A stretch of 64,000 nt of DNA, from assembly GCA_026770705.1 (NCBI GenBank), contig JANJGN010000052.1, forward strand, positions 4,092,001-4,156,000, given 5' to 3'. Made by a program: the position numbers and the translations under genes. The notes beneath the pieces are model-generated. The model was not told where the DNA came from and did no database searches. It saw nothing but the letters and a program-made list of their open reading frames with translations. Source of the stretch: Isurus oxyrinchus. Taxonomy: Eukaryota. Of the stretch, positions 38,400-51,556 are shown piece after piece (position 1 is the first letter of the stretch; each line of letters opens with the position of its first letter).

Positions 38400-39810
38400 C
38401 AGAGAGAGAGAGAATGTCTGAGAGAGAGACAGAGAGACTGTGTGAGAGAGAAAAAGAGATAGAGTGTGTGCATGAGTGAGGGAGAGTGTTTGTATATGAG
38501 GGAGAGAGTGTGCATGTGAGAGTGTGTGAGAGAGAGTGTGTGGGAGAGAGAGTGTGTGTGTGACAAAGAGTGTGTGTGTGTGCGAGGGAGAGAAAGAGGG
38601 AGACAGCAGAAGAGCGAGATAAAGAGAAATGGTAATTGTTTGAGAGAGAGAGAATGTGTGTGTCTGAGAGAGAGAGAGAATGTGTATGTCTGAGAGAGTG
38701 AGTGTGTGTGTGTGAGAGAGAGTGTGTGCTTGACAGAGAGAGAGTGTGTTTGTTTTACAGAAAGTGTGTGTGTGTGAGAGAGTGTTTGTGTCTGAGAGAG
38801 AGAGAGAGCATGTGTTTGAGGGAGGGAGCCAGAGAGAATGTGTGTGTGTGAGAGAGAGAGATAGAGCAGAAGAGTGCGATGGAGAGAGATTGTGAGTGTT
38901 AGAGAGAGAATGTGTGTGTGTGTGAGAGAGAGATAGAGCAGAAGAGTGTGATAGAGAGAGATTGTGAATGTTAGAGAGAGAATGAGTGTGTGAGAGAGAG
39001 AGAGATAGAGCAGAAGAGTGTGATAGAGATTGTGAGTGTTAGAGAGAGAATGTGTATGTGAGAGAGAGAGAGAGCAGAAGAGTGCGATAGAGAGAGATTG
39101 TGAGTGTTAGAGAGAGAATGTGTGTGTGTGTGAGAGAGAGAGAGCAGAAGAGTGTGATAGAGAGAGATTGTGAGTGTTAGAGAGAGAATGTGTGTGTGTG
39201 AGAGAGAGAGAGATAGAGCAGAAGAGTGCGATAGAGAGAGATTGTGTTTGTTAGAGAGAGAATGTGTGTGAGTGAGAGAGAGATAGAGCAGAGGAGTGTG
39301 ATAGAGAGAGATTGTGAGTGTTAGAGAGAGAATGTGTGTGTGTGTGAGAGAGAGATAGAGCAGAAGTGTGTGATAGAGAGAGATTGTGAGTGTTAGAGAG
39401 AGAATGTGTGTGTGTGTGAGAGAGAGAGATAGAGCAGAAGAGTACGATAGAGAGAGATTGTGAGTGTTAGAGAGAGAATGTGTGTGTGTGTGAGAGAGAG
39501 ATAGAGCAGAAGAGTGTGATAGAGATTGTGAGTGTTAGAGAGAGAATGTGTGTGTGAGAGAGAGAGAGATAGAGCAGAAGAGTGTGATAGAGAGAGATTG
39601 TGAGTGTTAGAGAGAGAACGTGTGTGTGAGAGAGAGAGCAGAAGAGTGTGATAGAGAGAGATTGTGAGTGTTAGAGAGAGAATGTGTGTGTGTGTGAGAG
39701 AGATAGAGCAGAAGAATGTGGTAGAGAGAGATTGTGAGTGTTAGAGAGAGAATGTGTGTGTGAGAGAGAGAGAGATAGAGCAGAAGAGTGCGATAGATAG
39801 AGATTGTGAG
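38400..39810. repeat. Compound GA/GT microsatellite with a higher-order unit of about 60-70 bp
   Basis: Repeated atagagcagaagagtgtgatagagagagattgtgagtgttagagagagaatgtgtg. Confidence 0.95.
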
Positions 39811-40074
39811 GACTAAACTCACTGAGAGAAAAAGCTGGACACCCAGCACAGGGAGTGAGGGAACAATGAATTTTTGCCGTGTTTGGTGAATCGGTTTGCG
39901 ATGTCCCTTCTCAATCTCTCCTTCCTTGTCTTGACATTAGTTTATTCCCTGGGGCTGTTTAACTCACTGAAAGGTGCCATTTAACCACAAGTTGTTGTTT
40001 GAGGAAGAAACACTGGAGACAATTTCTGAAAAAGTCTCTGTCTTTATCATTTCCATTTAGATGAGGAACTGAAG

Positions 40075-40120
40075 ATGGGAGAGGTCGGTCTGATACTGAT
40101 CTTCATCAGCTTGCTGCAAG
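40075..40120 (+). pseudogene. Siglec gene B leader exon (MGEVGLILIFISLLQ, phase 1)
   Basis: Acceptor TTTAG at 40060, AAGATGG, CAAG|GTACAA; ends in SLLQ like the gene A leader. Confidence 0.8.
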
Positions 40121-40940
40121 GTACAAATTCATTACTGATCGGAACTCAGGGAATTGGATTCTTTCCTGGAGTGAGGAAGTGAACATTTAATTTTAGAGAA
40201 CAGGGTTAGTGATCACACAGAGAGTGAGTGATTAGCGAGTCAGAGAATATAGCAAAAGCAAAAGTCTCATACGGACTCGAAACACCAACTCTGTTTCTCT
40301 CTCCACAGATGCTGTCAGACCTGCTGAGTTTTTCCAGCATTTTCTGTTTGTGCATCAGAGAGCTTGTTTCAATAGGAATGACAGTGCATTTGTATAGCAC
40401 CTTTAATGCAGTAAAACATCCTTATTGCTTCACAGGATTCCCCCACAAGGGGTAACATCCCCTCAGCATCCACCCTGTCAAACCCCCCACCACCTCAGAA
40501 TCTTATATGTTTCAATAAGATCACCTCTCATTCTTCTAAACTCCAATGGATACAGGGCCCAACCTGCTCAACATTTCCTCATAAGACAAACCCCCTTCAT
40601 CCCAGGAATCAGCCCAGTGATCCTCCTCTGAGCTGCCTCCAATGCAGAGTCTATCCCTCCCTAAGTAAGGAGACCAGAACTGTACACACTGCTCCTGATA
40701 CAATCTCACCAACGCCCTGTACAGTTGTAGCAAGACTTCCCTCCTTTTATACTCCATCCCTTTGCAATAAAGGCCAACATTCCACTTGCCTTCCTCATTC
40801 CGCGCTGTTCCTGAATGCTGACTTTCTGTGATTCATGTACAAGGACACCCAGATCCCTCTGTACCGCATTCTGCTGCCTCTCTCCATTGAAGTAATATTC
40901 TGCTTTTTGATGTTCAGTCCCCTCCCTTGTTGCCTTTCAG

Positions 40941-41230
40941 GAGTGACGTCAGAGGGATGGTCTATGAAGGCGCTGCCTCAGAGGGCCATCAGCAGCTCTT
41001 GTGTGGTTATTCCGTGTAGCTTTGACTTTCCTTCCCACTCTTACACAGCACTGCACGGAGCTTGGTATAAATATTGGTATAGATGGAAATATACCATCAC
41101 ATACACCAAAGATCCCAATTATGGGGTGGCCACATTCGTGGGACGTGCTAAAATAATCGCCGACTTGGAAGGGAAGAATTGTTCGGTGAGGATTGACAGT
41201 CTCAGAGCTGAAGACAGTGATGTGTATTAC
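40941..41230 (+). pseudogene. Siglec gene B V-set exon (MAG/sialoadhesin-like), truncated
   Basis: GWSM...SSCVVIPCSFDFP...LHGAWY...FVGRAKIIADLEGKNCSVRIDSLRAEDSDVYY, then runs into gag sequence and stops at 41240-41242. Confidence 0.88.
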
Positions 41231-42300
41231 ACCCAATTCTAAATCTTTTCACCAATTAGTCGTCCTCATGAAGATGTATTTTCAGCTGTAGCCGGGGGTA
41301 ATAATGAAAAGGTTTAAGTTTAACTCCAGAGTAAGGGCCCAGGGAGAGTCCATCGCAACCTATACAGTGAAGTGGAAGCAGGTGACTGAGCACTGGGACC
41401 TCGGAGACACACTCAATGACATGTTGCGGGGCCGATTGGTTTGTGTCGTTCACCCCAACGCCATTCAGAGCCGTTTACTCGCAGAAGCCGACATCGATTT
41501 GAAGCGCACCATGGAAATAGCGCCAGGCATGGAAAGTGCTGGGAGAGACTGGCGGGATTTACAGGATGTACAACATGGCGCCAGTCCTCAGCTGGGACAG
41601 GAAACAACCACCGGGCGTGAGGCTCAAACTGGAGAGAGAGAGAGAGAGAGACAGCCGCCAAGCGAGAGACAGTCTCTGCCGCTCCAGAAACTAAAAGGCT
41701 TCGTGGGAGTATTTCAGCAGCAACTCCGAAGTTGGCCTGTTCTCGATGTGGGGGGCATTGAGCACGTACTGGACACCTGCAGGTTCAAGGGGGCAGAATG
41801 CCATCACTGCCACAAGAAAGGGGCGGGTAATAAAGCAATGCAGGGTGAAATCGAGACAGCCCATCAGGCAGTGCACCAACATGATGGAAGTGAATAATAT
41901 CACAGAGCCTGAAGCTGCTGATACCGATGTCTATTCCCTGTCCAATGTCACAGTGGTAAAAACTGAACCTATAACCATCACAACCCAAGTGAATGGGCAG
42001 CCACTAGTAATGGGGCAGATACGGGAGCCTCAGACACAGTGGTGGAAGAGCCCACATTTAAACAGCTAAATGAAGGAACCCAGACGCTGAATTTAGAGCC
42101 AACAATGGATCAGCTGAAAACACACACTGGAGAATCCATACAGGGAAAGGACCTCATCCCAGTACCTGTGTCCTACAGGCAGCAGACAGCCCAGCTTCCA
42201 GTGATCATAGCGACAGGTGAGGGCCCTAGTCTTCTGGGCCGAGACTGGTTCCAGAAAACCAAGCTCAGCTGCTCTGAAATGTTTCACTGGAGGAGTTGCT
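41231..42300 (+). mobile_element. Gypsy gag-protease remnant
   Basis: KRFKFNSRVRAQGESIATY, LNDMLRGRLVC, IQSRLLAE, zinc knuckle CHHCHKKG, frameshifted DTGAS and GEGPSLLGRDW. Confidence 0.88.
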
Positions 42301-42833
42301 GAGTTGCTGGGGGAATATGAGAGTGTATCTCGGAATGAGTTTGAAGAATTGAAGCATCCTCACAGGCTGCAAGTGTCCCTCAGGTCAGAGTTGGTTCCAC
42401 TGGAAAATCCTGAAGAGAAAGAAAGCGAATTCTGTGCCGCTCTGAGCAAACTGAAGAAACAGTTGGCAGGGAAGACCCAACCATGTCCAATGTTCCAGGA
42501 GGAAGGCAAGAGATACAAGGAAGAGACTGAAGAGCTGAAGATTCAGCTGAATGAAACCAAAGAGGCAGTTACAGTATCACAACAATTTTACAGAGCAGAA
42601 GGAGGCCATTCAGCCCCTCGAGCCTTTTACACAGGAACAGGAGCAAGCCCATTCAGCCACTGATGTCTGTTACACAGGAACGGAAGGAGGCCCATTTAGC
42701 TCCTCGAGCCTGTTACACAGGAACTGGAGGAGGCCCATTCAGCCCCATTGAGCCTGTTACACAGAAAAAGGACGAGGCCCATTCAGCCACTGATGCCCGT
42801 TACACAGGAACAGGAGGAGGCCATTCAGCCCCT

Positions 42834-44084
42834 TGTAGGGTGTGGTGGTGTGTGTCAGCTTCACCTGCGACTTCTGAGCCGTCTGAATCGCTCCCACTCC
42901 CTGGGTTCTAGACCTTGGACTTATTCGGGGCTTGTCACAAAGTGCAGCAGACAACTGGTTTTGGTGCAAGACAAAAACTGAGTTTACTGAAGTCACAAAT
43001 GAACTTCTAACATTAGGATGACACTGAGATTATACAGACTTACAAAGTACACTGAGTTAAGAATGGGGAACACACGGCATAACGAGGGAGAATCACGCTA
43101 CTAATGCCCTTACCCTTGTCCCACCCCCCAAACCCTAACTAAATTGCACTAGGAGAGGTCAGGGGTCACGCTCACCAACCCAGGGTTCCTTGACAGGTGG
43201 AAATCCAGCCAGGTAAGCCGGTTGCAGTTTTGGGGGACGCTCTTAGTGTCCTCTGGGGCCTGTCATCCCCACGTGGTCCTGGTCTGTGGAATCTGTGAAG
43301 GGTCTTCAGTTGGGTGGAGGGCGCGGTTGTGGGTGGTCGATCTTCATGGAGGGCAGCGGTTGTGGCCTTGTTGTCTTCGGTTGAGCCTGCCACCCCGTGC
43401 CCCTCACCGTGATGTTGCCTGTGGGCCTGCAAACCTCCAGATCTCCTTGCTTAAACTCTGTTTCAACCGCTCCCAACTGCTCACTGCCCTGTGTCAGCTT
43501 TCAACACTGCAACCCTTCTGCTGGCTGTTTTCTCTCCCAACTGACTGCCCAGTTATACTACCTTTCGAGTTTCTTATCGCAATCCAAATCAAGGTTCGTT
43601 CTTTGTTTGTCTTTGGTGGGCTTCCCCAGGTGATTGATGTCTCGTTGTTGTTAATGGGCTCGCATGATGTTTATCATTGTCTTCCTGCCCAGTAACTAGT
43701 TTTGAACTGAAAGCCATTGTATGTGTGGAGTATTGATGGGTTCGCATAATTAAATTGCCGGCCTCAGAAGTTAGGAGCGATTATTGATGCAAGATTTAGA
43801 TGGGCTTCAGTTGCGTGTGAAGTGAAGTCTTTCTCTGGGTTGATTGTATTAAAGGGAAGAATGCGTATTCTGTCTCCTCTCGTTGTCTGGTTTCAGGCCA
43901 AACATTCCACACTGCTCTCAATAAGCCCGGACATGTGCAGCCCCAGGCCTTCATGGGCCCAGCCTCCTGTCTGCAGGGTTTTCCACTTAACTCAGCAGTT
44001 TAAAGGTGCAAAAGTGATATCCTTGTTGATGATATGGAAAATGTGGGAATTTTGAGAACCCTTCAAGAGAAAGGGACAGTTACA
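42834..44084. mobile_element. Possible solo LTR
   Basis: About 1.25 kb bounded by TGTA...TACA between two tandem arrays; no clear TSD. Confidence 0.35.
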
Positions 44085-44609
44085 GGGGCTGGAGGAGGTT
44101 ACAGGAATAGGGAGGGGTGTAGGGGTTGAAGGTGGTTACAGAGATGGGGAGGGTTGTGGGGGTTGGAGGTGGTTACAGGTATAGGGAGGGGTGTAGGGGT
44201 TGAAGGTGGTTACAGAGATGGGGAGGGTTGTGGGGGTTGGAGGTGGTTACAGGTATAGGGAGGGGTGTAGGGGTTGAAGGTGGTTACAGAGATGGGGAGG
44301 GTTGTGGGGGTTGGAGGTGGTTACAGATATAGGGAGGGGTGTAGGGGTTGAAGGTGGTTACAGAGATGGGGAGGATTGTAGAGGCAGGTGGAGGCTGCCT
44401 TAGGGAGGGTTGTAGGGGCTGGAGGAAAGGGACAGAGAGAGGAGGTTACAGATATAGGGAGGGAGACAGTCAGAGAGAGAGCCTCCAGGAGATAGAGAGC
44501 GATAGAGAGATTGAGAGACAGACAGAGACTGAGAGAGGGAGAAGAGAGAAGGAGAGTGAGAGAGAGAGAGAACAAGTGTGAAAGATGGTGGAAGGGAAGA
44601 GTGGGGAGG

Positions 44610-44960
44610 TGTTGGCCTGATGGTATTTTCGCTGGACCAGTAATCCAGAGACCCAGTGTAATGCTCCTGGGACCCTGGTTAGAATCCCACCACAGCAGTT
44701 GGTGGAATTTGAACTCAATAAAAACCTGGAATTAAAAGTCCGATGATGACCAGGAAACCATTGCTGATTCTTGTATTAGGGTCACAAATGCCCTTTAGGG
44801 AGGGAAATCTGCTGTCCTTACCTGGTCTGGCCTACATGTGACTCCAGACCCACAGCAATGTGGTTCACTTTTAAAAAGTGGCCTCTGAACAAGGGCAATT
44901 AGGGTTGGGCAATAAATGCTGGCCTAGGCAGTGATGTCCACATCACATGAAAGAATGAAA
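44610..44960 (+). mobile_element. tRNA-derived SINE
   Basis: tggcctgatggta A-box, ggttagaatccc B-box; same body as 6150-6460. Confidence 0.7.
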
Positions 44961-45539
44961 TAAAAGGACAGAGAGGGACAGACAGAGTCGAGAGACACCC
45001 AGAATGAAAAAAACACAGTAAACACTGGAAAATAAACATTCTGGTCTGATCTGGTCTTGTATACCTTCAAATGGAACACCAGTAAAACAGGGAAATAAGA
45101 GTACTGGGCCAAACTGTTAGAGAGGGGCACATTTAGAGAGAGAGAGAGAGAGAGAAAGAGGGAGACACTGAAAGAGATAAGGACAAGGAAAGAAAGAGTG
45201 AGAGAGAGAGACAGACAGAGACACACAAAGAAGTAGAAAGAAAGTGATAGAGATGAAGCAGGAGAGAATGAGGAGAAAGATAGATAGATAGAGAGAGAGG
45301 ATGGTAGAGAAAGAGAACGAGAGGAAAAGAGACAAAGGCAGAATGTGATGGAACACTGAATCCTTGTCTATGCGTTTTGAAATCCAGCCCAGAACTATCA
45401 TTGGAAGATTCAGCGAGTGTCCAGTACAGGGGACCCAGCCCAACCTTCTCATCCTGACCTTCCCAGTGGGGCTGAAGAGGGCAGAGAGGAAACCTTCCTC
45501 TGTTATTCTGTTGTCGAATAAACACAACAATTCTGGAAC

Positions 45540-46140
45540 TCTGCCCTTTCTATCTCACGGATTAGAATATAAGGGGGCAGAGGTCATGCTTCAGTCTACA
45601 TAAAGCCCTGGCTAGACCACACCTGGAGTCACTGTGAGACATTCTGGGCCCCACACCTTAGGAAGGATATATTGACCTCGGAGGGAGAGCAGTGTCAGTT
45701 TACCAGAATGAGACCGGGACTCCAAGGGTTAAATCACAAGGAGAGATTAAACACAAACTCGGCTTGTATTCCCTGGAAGTTAGAATGTTAAGCAGGAGAT
45801 TTGATGAAAGCTTGCATGATATTAAGGGGAACAGATCGGGGGCGATAAAGAGAAACCATTTCCCCTGGTTGGGGGGAGTCTGGGACTCGGGGTCAGAGCC
45901 TAAAAAGGAATTAAATTAGGAAGTACAAAGGGTGGGAGAAATTTGGAACTCTCTTCCCCAAACAGGAACTGATGCACGATCAAGTTGTTCATTTTAAACC
46001 TGTGAGACTGATAGATTTTTGTTATCCAAAGGTATTAAAGGAGATGGGACAAAGGCATATGGGGCTAGTTTGCAGATCAGCCATGAACTCTTTGAATGGT
46101 GGAGCAGGCTCGAGGGGCCAAATGGCCTCCTCCTACCCTG
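45540..46140 (+). mobile_element. CR1 3' fragment
   Basis: GLEYKGAEVMLQ, KLGLYSLEVRML and a CR1 tail. Confidence 0.8.
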
Positions 46141-46529
46141 ATGTAATAGAAACTTACCTGTCAGAAGCCAGTTTATGTTGATGTGAGTCTGAGTCGATGA
46201 CTGAACCCAGTTGGTAACTTGTTCCATACAAAGCAAGAACGTTCATGCCCTTCAATGTTCCTGGATAAACCATTAACAAAGCTGGTGACAGACAGTCTCC
46301 ACATGGTAAACACTGACCGATCAACACATGACATGGCTGTTAACCCCTAAACCTCAGCGTAAATCAGTTCCCCCTCGAGGCCCCTTGTCCGAAATAAAAG
46401 CAACGCACACAATTTGTAAAATAGTAAGTGTCTGGCAGGAAGGAGGAGCAATGAGAGGAGTAAGGGGTTAGGGGGCGTGCGCTTCACCTGATTTGCCGAC
46501 ATAAGAACCAGCCCCTCTGTTTTTGCTAT

Positions 46530-46750
46530 GTTGTGTTGCATCAATATGAACACATATTTGCACAAGGTGAAGGGCGTTGCGGAGGGACTGATAGTTCTCG
46601 GCGCCAGACAGGCAATGTCCCAGTGACCTTACTGCTGGTCCCAGGCCAGTGGGACAGGGAACATCAACACTGCAATATCCAGAAATGGGTGTGATACCAC
46701 ACAGCTACCCACCCGCGGCTGTCCCCTTCAAGTGTTTCAGGTATAAGAGC
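46530..46750 (+). promoter_or_regulatory. Hepcidin-type proximal promoter
   Basis: TTGCATCA at 46536 and TTGCACAA at 46558 (C/EBP-type), GGCGCC+AGAC at 46600-46609 (BMP/SMAD-type), degenerate STAT-like TATCCAGAA at 46676, TATAAGA at 46742. Confidence 0.6.
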
Positions 46751-46818
46751 AGGAAGCTCCTCTAGTTACAAACCAAAGCATCAAAGCAGAGCCAGAAGAT
46801 CAGAAGAGACAGGCAGAG

Positions 46819-46911
46819 ATGGGAAGCTCCCAGATGAAATGGCGACTTGTCTTGTTCACTCTGACTTTGCTGCTCTCCCTGCAGCTGAGTCACTTCTTCT
46901 CCTTGTCGAGG
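46819..46911 (+). pseudogene. hamp: Orphan hepcidin-like exon 1 (MGSSQMKWRLVLFTLTLLLSLQLSHFFSLSR, phase 0)
   Basis: 31-codon signal-peptide exon with AGG|GTAAGC phase-0 donor, as in HAMP exon 1; its intron shares diagnostic minisatellite variants with the minus-strand hepcidin locus. Confidence 0.65.
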
Positions 46912-47109
46912 GTAAGCTAAGAGATGTCCCTCTGGGTGAGGTGTTTCTTGCACATGACTCTCCGTCTACCACCCAGATAGACTGGTCACTTCCGCAGTTT
47001 GATATTATTATGTTCGTGCCTTTAATATTGTCGCCCTCTATGAATTTAACATCATTTCCTTCTGTCATTTCCCCTGAAATTCTCATTCTTGTTTTCAATC
47101 CCTCCTCAG

Positions 47110-48520
47110 CGACTCCCTATCTCTGTAACCTCCTCCAGCCCGTACAACCCTCCCTATCTCTGTAAATTCCTCCAGCCCCTACACCCCTCCCTATCTCTGT
47201 AACCTCCTCCAGCCCGTACAACCCTCCCTATCTCTGTAAACTCCTCCAGCCCCTACAACCCTCCCTATCTCTGTAACCTCCACCAGGCCTTACAACCCTC
47301 CCTATCTCTGTAACCTCCTCCAGCCCCTACACCCCTCCCTATCTCTGTAACCTCCTCCAGCCCCTACAACCCTCCCTATCTCTGTAACTTCCTCCAGCCC
47401 CTACAACCCTCCCTATCTCTGTAACCTCCTCCAGCCCGTACAACCCTCCCTATCTCTGTAACCTCCTCCAGCCCCTACAACCCTCCCTATCTCTGTAACC
47501 TCCTCCAGCCCCTACAACCCTCCCTATCTCTGTAACATCCTCCAGCCCCTACAACAATCCCTATCTCTGTAACATCCTACAGTCTCTACAACCCTCCCTA
47601 TCTCTGTAACCTCCTCCAGTCCCTATAACCCTCCCTATCTCTGTAACCTCCTCCAGACCCGACAACCCTCCCTATCTATGTAACCTCCTACAGTCCCCAC
47701 AACACTCCCTATCTCTGTAACCTCCCCCAGGCCCCACAACCCTCACGATCACTGTAACCTCCTCCAGACCCTACAACCCTCCCTATCTCTGTAACCTGCT
47801 CCAGACCCTACAACCCTCCCTATCGCTGTAACCTGCTCCAGACCCTACAACCCTCCCTATCTCTGTAACCTGCTCCAGACCCTACAACCCTCCCTATCTC
47901 TGTAAAATCCTCCAGGCCCCACAACCCTCACAATCACTGTAACCTCCTCCAGCCCCTACATCCTCCTGAACTCTATAAGCTTCTCTCCACACTATAACTC
48001 TCCCTATCTCTGTAACCTACTGTGGCCCCTACAGCAGTGTCTATTTTGGTAACCTCCTCCAGCCTCTACAACCCTCCCTACATCTGTAACCTCCTCCAGC
48101 CCCCACAACTCCCCCATCTCTGTAACCTCCTACAGCCTCTACAACCCTCCCTATCTCTGTAACTTCCTACAGCCCTTACAACCCTCCCTATCTCTGTAAC
48201 CTCCTACAGCCTCTACAGCCCTCCCTATTTCTGTAACCTCCTCCAGCCCCTACAACCCTCCCTATCTCTGTAACCTCCTACAGCCTCTACAACCCTCCCT
48301 ATCTCTGTAACTTCCTAGAGCCCTTACAACCCTCCCTATCTCTGTAACCTCCTTCAGCCCCTACAACCCTCCCTATCTCAGGAGCCTCCTCCAGCCCCTA
48401 CAACCCTCCCTATCTCTGTAACCTCCTCCAGCCCCTACAACCCTCCCTATCTCAGGAGCCTCCTCCAGCCCCTACAACCCTCCCTATCTCTGTAACCTCC
48501 TCCAGCCCCTACAATCCTCT
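47110..48520. repeat. 37-bp minisatellite array
   Basis: Directly visible; variant units at 47950-48050 match 63581-63680 inverted. Confidence 0.95.
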
Positions 48521-49610
48521 GAGATCTCTGCACTCCTCTAATTCCGGTCTCTTGAGCTACCCCCGATTCCCATCGTTGTGCCATTGGAAGCCATGCCTTC
48601 TGCTGCCTGGGGCCCCGAGCTCTGGAATTTTATCTCTACACCTCTCCCCACCTCTCCCTCTCTATCTCTCTCTCTCTCACTCTCTCTCTCTCACTCTCTC
48701 CCTCTCTCTCTCTCGCTATCCCTTTTATCCCTCTTTTAATATTCTTCATAACACAACAACATAAGAACATTAGAAATAGGAACAGGAGCAGGCCATTCGG
48801 CCCCTCGAGCCTGCTCTCGCTGATCTGGTTGTGGCCTTAACTCCATTTTCCTGCCTGTCCCACAAACCCTTGACTCCCTTGTCGATCAAAAACCTGCCTC
48901 ACTCAGCCTTGAGTCTATTCAATGGCCCAGCCTCCACTGCTCTCTGGGGAAGAGAATTCCACAGGCTAGCGCCCCTCTGAGAGAGGAAATTCCTCCTCAT
49001 CTCAGTCTTAAATGGGAGAGCCCTCATTCCGAAACTGTGCTCCCTGGTTCTAGATTCCCCCACGAGGGGGAAACATCCTCCCAGCATCCACCCTGTCAAG
49101 CCCCCTCGGAATCGGATATGTTTCAATAAGGTCACCCCTCATTCTTCTAAACTCCAATGGATACAGGCCCAACCTGCTCAACATTTCCTCACAGGACAAA
49201 CCCTTTAATCCCAGGAATCAGCCCAGTGAAGCTTCTCTGAACTGCCTGTACACAATGATCCTGTTACAATCTCACTAACGCCCTGTGCAGCTGTTGCAAG
49301 ACTTCCCTCCTTTTATACTCCATCCCTTTGCAATAAAGGCCAACATTCCACTTGCCTTCCTCATTCCGTGCTGTTCCTGAATGCTGACTTTCTGTGATTC
49401 ATGTACAAGGACACCCAGATCACTCTGTACTGCATTCTGCAGCCTGTCTCCAGTTAAATAATATCCTGTTTTTCTATTCTTCCTGCCAAAATAATTTGTT
49501 GCCATTCTCCTCAGTATTAACCATCCTCCAAATTCAGCCTCATCTGTAAATATCGGGTTCAGTGGATCCACAAACCATTCAGAGATAAATATTGAGATTT
49601 CTCTCCCCAG

Positions 49611-49978
49611 TTGGACTGTCACAAGAGTGGAAAGGTGACACTCCACGAGAGATGACAGCGCAGGAAGGTTCGTGTGTACAGATTCCATGTCATTACAGTT
49701 ATCCATCGTGTCTGGAAAACCAACCGCGAGGTGGAGTCTGGTTTAATAATAAGAAACAGATTCCCTGGGCTCCCATAGCCTTTCACTCCAAGGATCACAG
49801 TCACCAGTTACCACGGTTCCGCCATCGGACCCGGCTGTCTGGAGACCTGAAAGATGGCGACTGTTCCCTGATTATAAACAACATCTGACGGGAAATGCAG
49901 GACCTTATTTTTTCAGAATAGAATTTGACAATGGTCCGAGACATAACTATTACCCTGTAACCCAGCTTCACGTTTCTG
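49611..49978 (+). pseudogene. Siglec gene C V-set exon, disabled
   Basis: Close paralog of V2/V1; AGA to TGA at 49886-49888 plus a 1-nt deletion (368 nt). Confidence 0.92.
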
Positions 49979-50791
49979 GTAAGTGCTGTGTTATAATTAC
50001 TCAACAATTCACATTCAACACTCAGTGGGAAATAACACAAACTGTGATGTTTACATATTAACACAAAACACAGCTTATTATAACACACTGTCTGATTCTC
50101 AATAACCTGGTGATAGCTTCCAGTTCAGTCCTAAAGCAACCTCTAATACTCACTTTAATATCAATGATTAAATGTATTGACTGTGTCCATCAATGTTTTC
50201 GGGATATCCACTCCCACTGATCTCCCTAACCCTGTTTGACAGTCTTACATATCGACAAAAGAATGATTCACATTTCTTTAGCACCTTTCACCACCTCTGT
50301 CGGTCGCAAATGGATTCACAACCAATGAAATAATTCCTGAAATGTCACCCTTGTTGTAATATGGGAAACACAGCAGCCAATTTGTGCACAGGAAGCTCCC
50401 AGAAACAGCAATGTGATCAATAACCTGATCATCTGCTTTAGATGCCGGTTCAGTGATTGGTTCAAATGGATTCTCTCCTGCTGGGATCTGGATAGAATTT
50501 AAATCTGGCAGATTTCGGAGAAAGTAACAAGCCAGTGTGTCAGGAACTGTGAGCTGATCCCCCACCCTCACCTGGGATTGTCAATTCAATTGTCTCAAAG
50601 TGGAAGTGAATTCATCTGAGAGACAGAAACTCCACTAAGTCTGAAAATAGGAAATTCTCTCCTGATCATTGTAACCTCTCAGTTCTGATATCATCCTTGT
50701 AAAAGTGCTTTTTCTTGTGGGACTGTGATTTCTATCTGAACTGATGCTTCACGTTATATTTCTCTAAAAGGATCCATTCTCTGTCTGTTAG

Positions 50792-51088
50792 ATTTCACAG
50801 ATAAACCCATGATATTCCCTGCTGAAATTATTGCAGGAAAGCGTGTGGATGTAAGCTGCACCTTCAACACAACGTGCAATGGAACAGCAGCACCTGTCTT
50901 AACCTGGGACACTCCCACTGACGTACCTGGATCAGTCTCAAACACTGTAACTCAGCATGGTGTCACTCTGTCCTATACTTGTGTTCTGACCCTGATCCCA
51001 TCACTCAAACACCATGGACACACTCTCAGCTGCAGAGTGAGATATCCATCAGTTTCATCGGAGCAGACCCTCGTACTAACTGTGCAAG
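50792..51088 (+). pseudogene. Siglec gene C C2-1 exon (open frame)
   Basis: 297 nt, nearly identical to 14589-14885. Confidence 0.92.
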
Positions 51089-51417
51089 GTAAGTATGGAC
51101 ATCCTTCATTCTACATCAGCACACCCTCAGCGCTGACCCTCTGACAGTGCAGCCCGTTCTCAGTGTCCACATTCTCATGCCTCTCAAAGTGCTTCACAGT
51201 CCATAGAAGTTAACTGATCTTTATTTGATTGTTGCTGAATGAAGAGACAAGCTGTTTAAACTTTACATCTCACACACATTATTTTCCATGGCAACACCTT
51301 CGAGACCACTTGCCAATCTATCAGCACTCTCTTCCCTTTAAATATAAATTGTTGTTCACTCTCTGTTGGTAAACATGCGATCTGTCTTGTTGAGTCCTGC
51401 CCTGATATCTGAATATC

Positions 51418-51556
51418 ACAATGAACAGAACAAGTTCCAACAATGAGCTGTGGTTGGTGATTCCTCACGTTACATCCAGGGACACTGGAGACTATCAGTG
51501 TGTGGCAGAGAATGAACATGGAGCAGTGCAGGGATTCATAACCATCACTGTGGAAT
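51418..51556 (+). pseudogene. Siglec gene C 3' half of C2-2 exon
   Basis: MNRTSSNNELWLVIPHVTSRDTGDYQC...ITVE|GTGAGT matches 19806-19941; 5' half and acceptor missing. Confidence 0.9.

Noticed and set aside
42217-42663. Coiled-coil-like ORF
   Set aside because: Continuous with the Gypsy remnant and ends in the 42-bp repeat; no exon structure
46839-46911. MATCLVHSDF... as the native Siglec C leader
   Set aside because: The phase fits, but it is a poor signal peptide, unlike the SLLQ-ending Siglec leaders, and lies downstream of two ATGs in the hepcidin-like frame
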